A DNA stretch of 58,033 nt, filler included, from Sphacelaria rigidula (taxonomy: Eukaryota), in the NCBI GenBank assembly GCA_964200075.2. It is 9 parts of 9 records of this genome, joined end to end, with 100 filler letters (N's around TTAATTAATTAA, not from the genome) between each part and the next. Parts side by side here need not be neighbours in the genome. Positions count along the whole stretch, not along the records: positions 32,298 to 38,656 come from CAXNAA020020546.1; positions 38,757 to 45,115 come from CAXNAA020020547.1; positions 45,216 to 51,574 come from CAXNAA020020548.1; 6 more parts are not named here. The stretch is one strand, 5' to 3'. Positions 35,921 through 47,375 of this stretch are shown here, one piece after another. The notes under the pieces are model-generated. The model searched no databases. It saw only the letters and a program-made list of their open reading frames with translations, and was not told the DNA's origin. The position numbers and the translations under genes were made by a program. The number at the start of each line of letters is the position of its first letter. Positions within the stretch are counted from its first letter, which is position 1.

Positions 35921-38900
35921 GTCTTCACTATCCCTCCGCGTTCATAATTTGTTTTGTTGACTACGGGTTTTTGGTCGGTAAGGCCTTCATTCACCCCCAT
36001 AAAAGTAGTAGAGTACAGAACACTTACTACAGAAAGTATACAAAACTGTCTACAGACAGGGTACCAACAGTACTACAGTACAACTCTCAACTGTCTCAAC
36101 TCAATAGAGCTGTACGACACACCGACATGTGCCGGAGTTGTGAATGACTAGCGGGCGCCGAGGTGCACTGCCTGTGTGCCCAACGCTGTGTACTGTGCCG
36201 GGTTCGTATCCGGAGGCTGTGTTGACGATACTGTGTGTGTGAGTTGTCGTCCCATCTCATCTGGACGCCGGTCTACTCCACGCGGTATATGTGGGCGTAC
36301 CAGCCGGGGTCACACAGAAGGAGGGCCAACACAGAAGTTTTTTCCTTTTTTGTTTGTTTTCAGTACTCCACCTTTCTTCTGCGGTGCTTGCCCTTATATT
36401 TTATCGCGAGAGGGGTTCAGCAGTCCCTTTCCCTCGTTGACCGTTACGTCGAATATACTGCTGCCCCGTATTCAACGGTACGGGGACAGCATAAACAACT
36501 AAAGCCATGCTAGGATAGGACGGGGGCTATTTTGGGCCGTTGCTTCAACTAAATTCAACCCCGAATCGATTTTAGGAGCAACGATCTTCAGAACGGGCGT
36601 GTTACCGATAAATAACGCTCATCCATACTGCTTGACGCCGTTTTATCCAAATACAAGCGCACGGCGAGTGTGTCAAATTGTCCGGAACATCTATGCGTCT
36701 TTTCCCCCTAGAATCAAACACTCAACCTAACGTAGCACGGCTCTGTACATGACTGGGGTTTAAGCGTAAACAAGCCAGTCATGTCTCGCTGTTGTCTCTG
36801 AGTTCTGATTTCCCCCCCCCCAAACTCTCTTCTAGGCAAAAGTGGAGGTATTGATCGTTTCCCCGTTCTCCAGGGAATGTCCACACCAGAAATCGTCATC
36901 ATCCGCTGTATATATCGTTCGGGGTTTCAAATAGAATCTCGTATTGACGCTATCTCCATACGGTATAGGAATTACTAGACATGGGATTCAATCAACTAGA
37001 AAAAAATGGACCAGGCTTCTGAGCACATGGGCATCTTCCCCATGATTAGACGATTAATACGATATGCAGATCACGGCCCAACTCGTCTGTGTAGATGAGA
37101 TATTGCTTTGAGAGCTTGAATCTGCGTCTAGGCCGGCCCAGCTCGTAGCAGTTTGAAGAAGTGGCAAAATGAAGATGTACCGGGACAGAATCTGCTCAAT
37201 CAAGCTAGCGGGCGAAGCCCGCATCTCAAGCCAAACCTCCCACACAGAGATAATAAGGTAACCAAGAGTGAATTGAAAGAAGCGCGACTATGGCCGAGTG
37301 TTCAAACCCAACACTCGCCCAAAATTTGAAGACCTCTTCACAATCAGACGGCAGACTAAAACATGGGACATGTCCTGTTTCACTACCCTACCGCAGCAAA
37401 AACACTCAAGCCCTCTCTCATGTGTCGTAGCTTCCACTGTCTGTTCAGTTGTGGTATGTTCACGCATTGCGAACACGGTTTGGATTGCATGGGCTGCGAT
37501 ATTGTCGGTGTGTTCGTCTCTGCAGAAAAAACAATGTTCGACGGCACGCAGTGCTGGGTGCACACTGTTGAAAGCTTCAGGGGTGTGTTGACTCTTTCGT
37601 CTTCGGTAAGACGAACAATGCGCTGTCCGTTGCTGCGACATTCCTGCTGGTGCCGTGCGCTGGCCGCCTGTACTGCACCGTACTACGGTGTTGTATTCAG
37701 TGTACAATACTGTATCATCTATGAGATACTGAATGGGCTGAAACGCGCTACGAGTTAGACCAGCACGAATACTTGATTTTCGAGTACTCCCCTGGTGGTT
37801 CCCAAGCGAAATGGAGCGATCTGATTGGTAGATTACCAAGCGAATCTGCCCCGCTCCAAATGCAGTCTGCCTGAAAAAGCATAATGGTTTTCAGCTGAAT
37901 TAGGGAAGTTTTGGAGTTTTGTAATTTTCTCGTGGTCGATGATTTTACGGCACAACGTCTAAGCTTTAGCTCCTCAAGCCCGTTTTTTTTCATAGAATTC
38001 CCCCCATGTTTTATTCTCCAATCTAAGTTTTTTTCTTATACTACTGTACAATGTACAATGGGACCCATGGCATAACTATTGTACAAAATCTTTATTACAT
38101 TTTTTAATTCAACATGGTATCAAATGCATGAAAAACACAGAAACGTTTTTCGGATCAGACCCGCAACCATAGCAGTTTGGAGTATTGAATATTGAAGCCC
38201 GTCCGGTGACGAGTCACGAGTCACGCCACAGGCCATAGGGAACACTTTCAGGCTTTCGGGCAGTTGATACAATGGCTGCAGGAGGCGCATGAAAAAATAT
38301 CGCAATTCTATGCGCGTTTCGAGATTTTTATAAGTTTTCAAACGTTTAAAGCTCTTTTTAAGTTTTTCGAAAAAAAGCTTATTTAAGCCCGAAAACCCAA
38401 AATTGAGCTAAACCTCAGGCGCACTTACGAAGCTGAAGCCTAACAACGCCCGTACATGGGGATAGATTTTTGTATTGTAATGAGCACGCAGTACCGTGGC
38501 GATGCACTATATCCGCACTATGCTGTGGGTTGCTCCTTACCGGAGCGGTGGGTCTTGTCCAGCCGGTCGAGCGTTGTGTTGTGTGTTGTCGTCCCATTTA
38601 TTCTGGGCGCCAGTCTACACCTTTCGGTATATGTGGGCGCATTACAATACAAAAATNNNNNNNNNNNNNNNNNNNNNNNNNNNNNNNNNNNNNNNNNNNN
38701 TTAATTAATTAANNNNNNNNNNNNNNNNNNNNNNNNNNNNNNNNNNNNNNNNNNNNCTTGCGTCTGAGCGCTCCTTTTTCCCTTATTTCGATCATATCTC
38801 TTACTTTTGCCTTGTACCCGGCGTCTTCGGGGGCTGGGGGGGGGGGATATCTTCGAAAGACTCATACTCCATTCGGGCTGGTGAGAAGGTTGTACGCATG

Positions 38901-39616
38901 ATAACCACGAGCAGGATCCGCATGTCCGTATTTCGTTTGGCATAGGGATCTGACGTGTACCGGTCCATATCAATATGAGGGCACTCCCACCGGGTGTCTG
39001 ACACTGTGTATCCATCATCTTGAATAGTAGGAAATACGACGCAGTTGGTTGTTTGGCGTCTTGTCGCTGAAACACGATAGAGTCGCGTTGGTGATAGCTT
39101 ATTATTCTTCTTTCTCGTTTGCAAATCCCACGCGAGGTTTGCTACGCGGAGGACAGTCTACCAGACGTGATGAGGAGAGAAGGACAAAAGACGTGAAATA
39201 GGCACGCTGGGGGGAGCTCCTGTAGATGAGTCTGGAAAAAAACGCACCATGACCTGTAACTAGGGAGCCAACGTATTCCTTTCGTATACAGGTGGAACCG
39301 TACACTACGGCTAATCGAGCAAAAGGAAATCTTCATCTATAGGCCTGCGCTATCAGGCTGTACGAAGGACCAGCACTAGCGCAAGTTACGGGGTAGCGCT
39401 GCTGTCACCCTGACTGGCACTCTGATGATTGTATTATCGTGATGAATTAAATGTGAACGTTTCCGCCAAGTCCAACTATTACTCAAACGCCGACGAAGTT
39501 GACTTCATACGACCTTGCTTGACCTTATATGCCAAGCTACAAACTTCGTGAAATCTGACCAAGTCGGTGGGTGGTAAAAACAATTACTAATGTCGGGCTA
39601 CTCTTGGCTGACTCAC

Positions 39617-40903
39617 GCTTCATCTATCTCCGCTTCTATGTTCTGGATGGCCCGCTGGAACTTGCGCAGAGGCAGCTTTACGCGTTCGTCGAGGAACCGC
39701 CAAGCTTCGTATTGCCCCAACCTGTAAAAAAAAAAAACACAGAACCCAGACCGGGTCAACAAGAAGCTTGCGAAAGGTGTTTGTTGATCGTAGGACATGA
39801 AATTCTGATTCAGTGATTGTCTGGTGGTACACACGCAGTTCTTGCCCAACCACGCCCTTTCAACGCTGCCCCCCGTCGCCGCCTAAATCGAGTTTCGTCT
39901 ACAACGGGGGGGCCATGTTTCTCCGTAATTTCTCATGATGACTGACCCCTTCGTAGGTTTGGTCATCGTCTCCCGACCATCTTGAGAATCCGAACGCCCG
40001 CCCCCCCCTTTCCCCCTTTACCCGCGTCCTCAACATACATGCTGCATTCCTCTGGCGTGCTAAGTAAGCCGGCGATTTTGTTGCAAGACGAACCCGTCGG
40101 TCAAAGGTGATAGCTCGTTGCCCGCGAACACGAGATACTTCATCTGAATATCGAGCACGCAAACTAAGGGCCTCTACCAGCATTGCGAAAAAACGGAAGC
40201 TCCGCAGTCAAGCTACCATGCGGGTTATTGCCTTGCTTTTGCTCCTCGCATCCAGTGTGCCCGGATAATGCTTGCCCTATCCTTTGCTTCACGTCTACGC
40301 TGTCCACCGGGCTCATGACTGAAAACTCTTGCATCGAGAGGAATATTTCTTTAGCAACAGATGTGCGTAGTAATACAAACTGCAGAGCATACTCTGAAAA
40401 ACACTTGACATCATTCACAGGCACACCTCCGGTCAAAGGTGCGCGGAAGTCACTCACTTGGTGTGATAAACGTCACCCAGAATGGTCATGACTGCTGTCT
40501 GGCGAGCGGCAACCTCCATGGGAGGCAAGTAGTCCAAGTAGTCCTCGAATGTCCTCTCGCGCTGCATGCACGTATAGTCGGTTACAGTCGATATGAACAC
40601 TGACATTAAAAACCACTAACCTGCACATCAGGGCGACTTTGATCTTTGCTCCTGTTTGGGAAATCGTTTGCACACGGTGAACTACTATCCGACTCATGGA
40701 CATATCAAGTGTCAATCCAGGACATCCGTACCTTGTCTGTAGGTGGCTTGGCATATACCGAGGCTGGTGTTGATGGTACGAACGACATCTGCGTCCTGAA
40801 GAGTAATTTAGACCCGTGCGTCAGCCGCACCGCAGGCCGGAAGGCAACGCGCAGGAGTGGGGGAGCGGATGAGTATGTGACGTCGAATCACAACAACAAC
40901 AGC

Positions 40904-40944
<41 letters not shown>

Positions 40945-43900
40945 GAACGACGACGACGACGACGGCAGCAACACACAAGGACAACAATGACAATGAATCT
41001 TGTCAAGCTCGCTGCAGACAACATGGAGCCGGGATATCTCCTTGCCGACACTCGACAGCTCGGGTTCCTCCATCTGTAACGTCCCTACAATCTTTACATT
41101 TTCTCATCCCGCGACCGCGGGTTCAAGCGATCTCCTGCGTGCTCCGTCCCGGCTTTGTAGGTATGCGGGGTGAATGGTCTCATTACTATGGCATGCAAGA
41201 TCATGAGAACACCCTCCCCTGCGATTTGGAGTTGGATTGGTGCTCCGTTTCGCATTGGATGCTTGGCCGATGGTCAAACGACTACTAAGGCAAGCAACAT
41301 ATACGTACGCCCCCCTACTATTGCCAGCATCAAATCTCCCTCATTTTCGATGAAAAATACCTTTGTGGGAAGCTGACTGCAGCATGATGCGTGCTGGCTG
41401 TGTGGATGAGAGAGGCCAGCACCTGAGTTAGTCGTTGAACAGCATGGCGGCGAGGGGGTGTCGAATTATGGTCGCTGGAAATGTTTTTGGGTTATTTTTA
41501 GACCAGTCGTTTGGAATATAGCGAACTCGAATATAAGGAGGGACTCACTGACATGAGCTTTTTTGTATCGCATGTTTGTTGACGTAGTGATAAAATGACG
41601 AACGTTTCAGTGGCAGCGTGGCACCCTGTAGGCGCGTATCGTAGATGGCAAGAGTAGAGTGATACTGAGCGGGAGGGGGATTTTGAGCCACCAAAACTCC
41701 ATGTCAAATCGTCGTTGAAAGCGGCAACGTTTGCTCGAACGCGTTTATCAGTAACAAACACTCATTCGTACCACGTGACACCGTTTTCATCCAAACACAA
41801 ACGCACCGCGACTAATCAGGTCATTTTGATACACCAGTGAACCCTTGTTTTACGCGGAATCACCGCCTCTCCCCACCCTCCTCACCGTGGCATCACTCAG
41901 TACGTGTGGCATAACAAAAGGCAACACCGGCAGGCTCAAAATAAATCTTAGACTCTGCCTGCCAGTAGCAACAGTCCCATGACTTGGTTCGCACGTAGCA
42001 CCATCTTCCAACCCGAAAATCAAAGCATCAGTAGACGCCTTCGGGTGTACTGTGAGCAAATCTTGCTTCCACCGTAGGGCGGTGCCGGTCGAGAAAAGTG
42101 GGTCGTGCCGCTCGACGGGCACGACTGCCTGCCCGTGACGCACATGAAAGGCACCATACTCGTGGCTTGCGTGACATAACACTTCACCCAGATAGCACAA
42201 AACGCCTCACCTTGGCTATGAGTTCGCGCTTGTGACTACTGTTGTAGAATTCGGACAGCCACTTGAACTGCGCCACGTCCACCATCTCGTCCACGAAAGC
42301 CTATGCGCGCAAGGGTAAAAGGGAAAGTGATGCGGTATCCCCAATCCGCACGCCATTACGTCAGGAAGGCTTGAGTGCATTGGTTATTGTCTGGTGGTAA
42401 GAAAACCCTCATATTATGAACGGCTGGCACACTTTTGATATACCTGTATGCAGAAGGTTGCACCACAGTCAAGATAGCTGCTACGTACCTGTTGAATGGA
42501 ATTGCTTCGTACAGGTTGCTCCTCAAAAGGTCACGCCAAGTTGGCGTATGCATCTAGGGCGATAACATTGCACCCTAAACATGAGGTTCGGCCTTCACCT
42601 TGAGTTCGTAGTCTCCCTCGATGTCGGCTTCGCTTGTGTAGTAAATCTGCCCGACGACAAAATTTTCAAGGATGCATCAGTCAAAAGTACAATATATGGG
42701 CCTTAGTCTGCAGCCTCGGAAGGCTTTTGGACTGAAACGTGTACCCCCAACGTGGCAGTATTCACTGCAAGGAAGACAAAATAAACGCTCCTTCCAGTAC
42801 TCGCGATGCCACATTACGAAGCAAAACCGTCAGGACACCGGGCAGGTGGGCCCTTCTCCGCCGCATGCGATAGAAAAAGATGACGATACGTGGAAGACAC
42901 AAAACCTGATCACTGCATTCGTCGAACCCACTCCAGACTCGTGAACCACGATTCCAACTCCGCAAACTGCGCCTGGATCGACAGTGGGGCCGTAAGTAAC
43001 GTAAACATCGAGTATGGCTTGGCAGCTAATCAACACCTCCGCACGTAAGCGTTTGCACGACCCGAGATGTTTTGGCGCCTGTTCTTTTCGGGTCTGGGCT
43101 ATCATGGCTGTTTTTCATTAGATCGCCACGTGCGCAAATAAAGGTCGTGTTGTATTTCAAGTCCGTCGATTTATAGAATCCCTCGAAAAAACAAACAAAA
43201 ATGCCATACTCCCGGGACGCACATCGAGGTAGTCCTTTACCCAGGTGTACGTGGCCTCCCAGTACTTGATGCTGTAGTCTCGGAAGGGGTAATAGCCGGG
43301 GAACTCTTCCGTGGTCACCCCGCGAGCCTGATTGGTCCAAAGGATCACGAGAGGGCGAGGAAGATGTTCATGAGTGATGCTACGATAGGGCGGGTGGGGG
43401 AAGGGGGTGGCGGGAGGGTAAGTTCTCATGATTATGCATGCCATAGTCATGTGACGATTGACCTCGCATCCCTACAAATCTGTGTTCCACCGATTCAGCC
43501 CTGCATTCAATCACCAAGCGCGAAGCGCCGTAATGTGTTCGGCGAGTCGCAAGAAGGGTGATCTGTATCTTGCCAAGATTCTTCGACCCGGAGACAGCCT
43601 CTAATGATACTACGCGAGGGGGGGGGGGGGGGGAAGGGAAGGGGGTTTTTCATCCCACGGAAACAGGGGGTCACAAGTTTGTCGGACGACCTCACTACTC
43701 GCAGTGCGTTTGTATTCAGGTGAAATTGGGGTCGGGTGGTAGCGACACACCTAACCGAGGAGCGTGCGGAATTCGAGATAGCGTCGACGCAACTTTCTCA
43801 TTGTGACGCGGTATAATTGCGGCTACAGCCACAGCAGTGCTTCGAATAATGCTACTCTACAATCGCCGTCGAACAATGCCTGAACAGATAGCTAGTCTGA

Positions 43901-44198
43901 ATCTCTACAATCGCTGTCGTCGCCTGTGGCAAGTGTTTGAAGTTGCGCTCCAGGCATACTTGTCGCACAGGGAGGAGGAGCCGGAATGTTGTTTCCGACG
44001 CAGTATCTTACGTCTTCCACGGCGGGTCTTCTCAGAAGGGCTTACGTGAACTAGCGTTGAACGGCCCACCTTCAAATCTTCTGGGGGTGAAAAATCTTTC
44101 GAGATGCGTTCCAGAGTGGCACTGAGGGCCATGCTCCAGGTATCTTCGATTGCAATCGAGAACATGCGGTCCACATGTCCACCAGGGACGAGAAGGCC
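39617..44198 (-). CDS. LOX: Lipoxygenase, C-terminal half. Exons 44198-44070, 43327-43223, 42646-42599, 42300-42211, 41422-41361, 40795-40732, 40561-40458, 39721-39617; tentative upstream exon 44585-44547
   Basis: All introns are GT-AG with consistent phases. Spliced protein: GLLVPGGHVDRMF...PPEDLK ARGV...YYPFRDYSIKYWEATYTWVKDYLD IYYTSEADIEGDYELK AFVDEM...RELIAK VLASLIHTASTHHAAVSFPQR TQMSFVPSTP... YLPPMEVAARQ... LGQYEAWRFLDERVKLPLRKFQRAIQNIEAEIDEA. Canonical LOX motifs appear in order. Confidence 0.92.
40891..40963. repeat. (AAC)n-(GAC)n microsatellite in a LOX intron
   Basis: Directly visible. Confidence 0.9.
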
Positions 44199-47100
44199 CT
44201 GCGCGGCACGAAGTGATTATCCGGAGAAAGGTGTGTGTAGATCCCATAGGCATAGGTAATGCGTCAACGCAGGTGTTTGAACAAACACTACTCCGTGCGG
44301 GATACACCCAGACCACAGTTTATGGAATAGACTGGACAGCAATGACAGGTTGGCCTGCAGTCTACCGTATATGGCCTTGAAGCTGTGCAACTTTCAGGTT
44401 CAACACTGGCTTAGAATTCTGCGTAGGCGTCAGCTTCTTCAGGGAGAAAAATGGCGCGGTGACATGAAAGCGGCACTTAACGGGCCGCCCGATTCAATTT
44501 GGCATGCAAGGTCGAATTTCGATACTATACCCGATTTTCCGCCTACCACCGACCAGAAAAGCCCCGTGTTGGTCGTTGAGGAATCCTGATCTCCGAAGGA
44601 TTGAGTGTGGTACAGCATGCGCAAGGCGATAGACTGAATGATATATTTCCTTGAAAAAACATGGTGATGTAGAGGATACCCTTACACGTCATACGTACAA
44701 AGCACAGTCCTGGCTCCTGAATCGATGTAACGAACACAAGCGAATTGAATGGCCACAGTAGCATATCAGTATAGATTCAATGGTGATACACACGTGGACA
44801 AATAGCACCCTGTGGGACGAACTGCGCAGGGTTCTCCACAGTCTTTGTGAAAACCCCTGTGTAGCATTTGCAAACCCTAGTACCTGTAATAGCATATTGC
44901 ATAGCGTTTTTGTCGAAACCCTGCAAGCAACCCTGTGAAGAGGCCTTCCCAATTTCGAAAATTCTAAATTATTTTGGTACAAAATCTGTAAATTTATTAC
45001 TTTGGAATACAGTAACGGCCCGCTACTAAGAAACGTGTCAGTAAGAAAATCAGCCTCAAATTTTAGACAAACTTAGGAAACGGCCCAGCCTCGGCATCTG
45101 CCGCAACTTAAGAAANNNNNNNNNNNNNNNNNNNNNNNNNNNNNNNNNNNNNNNNNNNNTTAATTAATTAANNNNNNNNNNNNNNNNNNNNNNNNNNNNN
45201 NNNNNNNNNNNNNNNTATGGCATGCATGATCATGAGTACACCCCCCCCCTCCCCCCTCCCCTCGCTGCTGACATGAGGTCTGAATCATACAATATGAAGC
45301 AAAATACGAGTAAGGACGTTTTAAGTCGACTATGTAGCTGACACCTGAAGTACAGCACATCGGGACTACCCAATTTCACTCTGTAGTGGACCACTGACTT
45401 CATCCAAAGGTGATAGCGATAATTTTCACTTGAGCACTGTTCTGCCAAGCTGCCTGGCGCTCGACCCTTCCTTTAGTATCCACGGCCCGCACGACTCCCC
45501 CTCGAAAGGGCCTTCGCAAGAAAACGGCTTTGCTTCTTCCTTTCTCGACGGAGCTGGAAAGTTAAGAACTATTGCCTACAACCGCACATACGTTGGTGGA
45601 TTAAATCTCCGGTGCCGAGAGGTATCCGCCTATTCTACAACTGATCCCTGCCTGACTTACAGACCACGAGAAAGTGAAGGGTTCGAGTTAAACCTTCATT
45701 TTAAAGTCGAAGTTTTAAAATGGAACCCCGCCCTCCGAAAGTGAATGTCCGAATTCGAAGTCGAACGTTGATGCTGACCCCCTCCCCCCCCCTCCCCCAC
45801 CCCGAACCCTACCCCTGAATATTTAGCTTGAACGCTCGAACTTCAACTTGAACGTTTGGTCTTCGACGAGAATGTTCAAGCATTTGCCTTCGAGGTCCTA
45901 GTGAACGCTAAAGTTGGACCCTACGGCTTTCGGGTTAGAACTCGGTTGTTTGTTCATTGGAATGTTCACGACGATATAAAGCTTGGCCATTTCCAACTTG
46001 AATGTCTCCAACGCGAAAGTCTGACTTCTAGTCGACGTCTGGACCTGGGCAGGGTGTTGTGTACGGGGCCCCTCCTTGCTGCACCTTGAGGTTGAGCGTT
46101 CAAGCCGAAGTTCCGGCCTTCGTGTTGAAAGGTTTGAAATTGACGTAAAAGTTGAAGCCCTTTACTTAGGGCTTCAAATTTTGACTCGAGGACCATAGCA
46201 GAACGCTCAAGCCTCAAGTTGAACGTCAGGGCCTCAACATAGAGCCCTCCACGCTCAAAGTTGAAGGTCGAGACCTTTAACACAAAGGACGGAGCTTCAG
46301 CTCGAAGCTGTTTCGCTTAAGGCGAGTTGAACCGCTGACTCTCAGCTCGAAGCTCCAACTCGAAGTTGTCATAGCGATGGGTTGTCCCCTGCAACGACAA
46401 GTTTCCCGGGCGCCGGGAACATGTACCTCTGCAATGACACTAACATCACTGATTCGTTCGAAGCGGACAAAAGGGCCATCGGAAGCACCTCACACAGGGA
46501 TGTATGGATGGAGAGAATCGAGTGGATGCACAGTGCTCCAGGGAACCTGAGCCCCCGGGGATACCGATTTTATGATCCGGTATCCTATGTATAGCGTCAA
46601 CCGCCGACTCGTTCGAATAACGTGGTGCTACTTTTTAATTTACGTTGTTTTATTTGTCGCACTTTGAACCCCTCCCCTTCCTCGGGATGAGTCTGTGGTC
46701 TCAAGGGATCGACCCATTTTTCCCCCGGTACAAGGACGGTGAAATCCTGCGGATGAAAATTGTAATTTACGCTAGCCCTGACGAGGAAGGAGGCGTTTTT
46801 TCTTGCGGTGGTCGTCCTTCCGGTGGCAGTGGATCTACGGGAAAATGGTTCTTTCACTCGACTCTAGTATGAGCGTGGAATTTGGGCTCGAAATTTCCGT
46901 ATTTCCGCATTTCGCGGAAGTCTCGAGAGCGCGTGCACGATGGTACATCCGGTACCGCCAATTGGGAGACCTGCTGATGCGTTTCCCTGGTTTGCCATAG
47001 GACGCTAACGCTACAATGTAAAACGGTAGTTTTCAAATGCACTGTAGGCGTGGTTTGTAGAGCGCTTTCGGTGCCTCAGAGGGGCGCTAAATTTTCGTAT

Positions 47101-47375
47101 TTCCGCTGCCTTGAGGAGTGACCCTTCGTCACTCGAACCGCCAGAAGACGAAATGAACCGTCCTCTGACGCTTGCCTCTCCCTCAGGCCTTTCCCCCGTC
47201 ATGCTCGTATAATCCAAGGATATGGGCGTCCATTCTCAAATCGGCAAGAACCATATCGGACGCATATAACCAGTGTTTTGTGAACGCGTGAAAAAGCGTA
47301 CGAGTAAAAGGCTCGCCCGTTTTTTCTCTCCCTGCGACTATCTCCCATCCCTGTAGAGCGCGACCCTGTACTTAC

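Noticed and set aside
40646..41073. Poly-Asn, poly-Val, poly-Cys and poly-Leu ORFs
   Set aside because: They come from an (AAC)n microsatellite in a LOX intron and overlap a true LOX exon on the minus strand.
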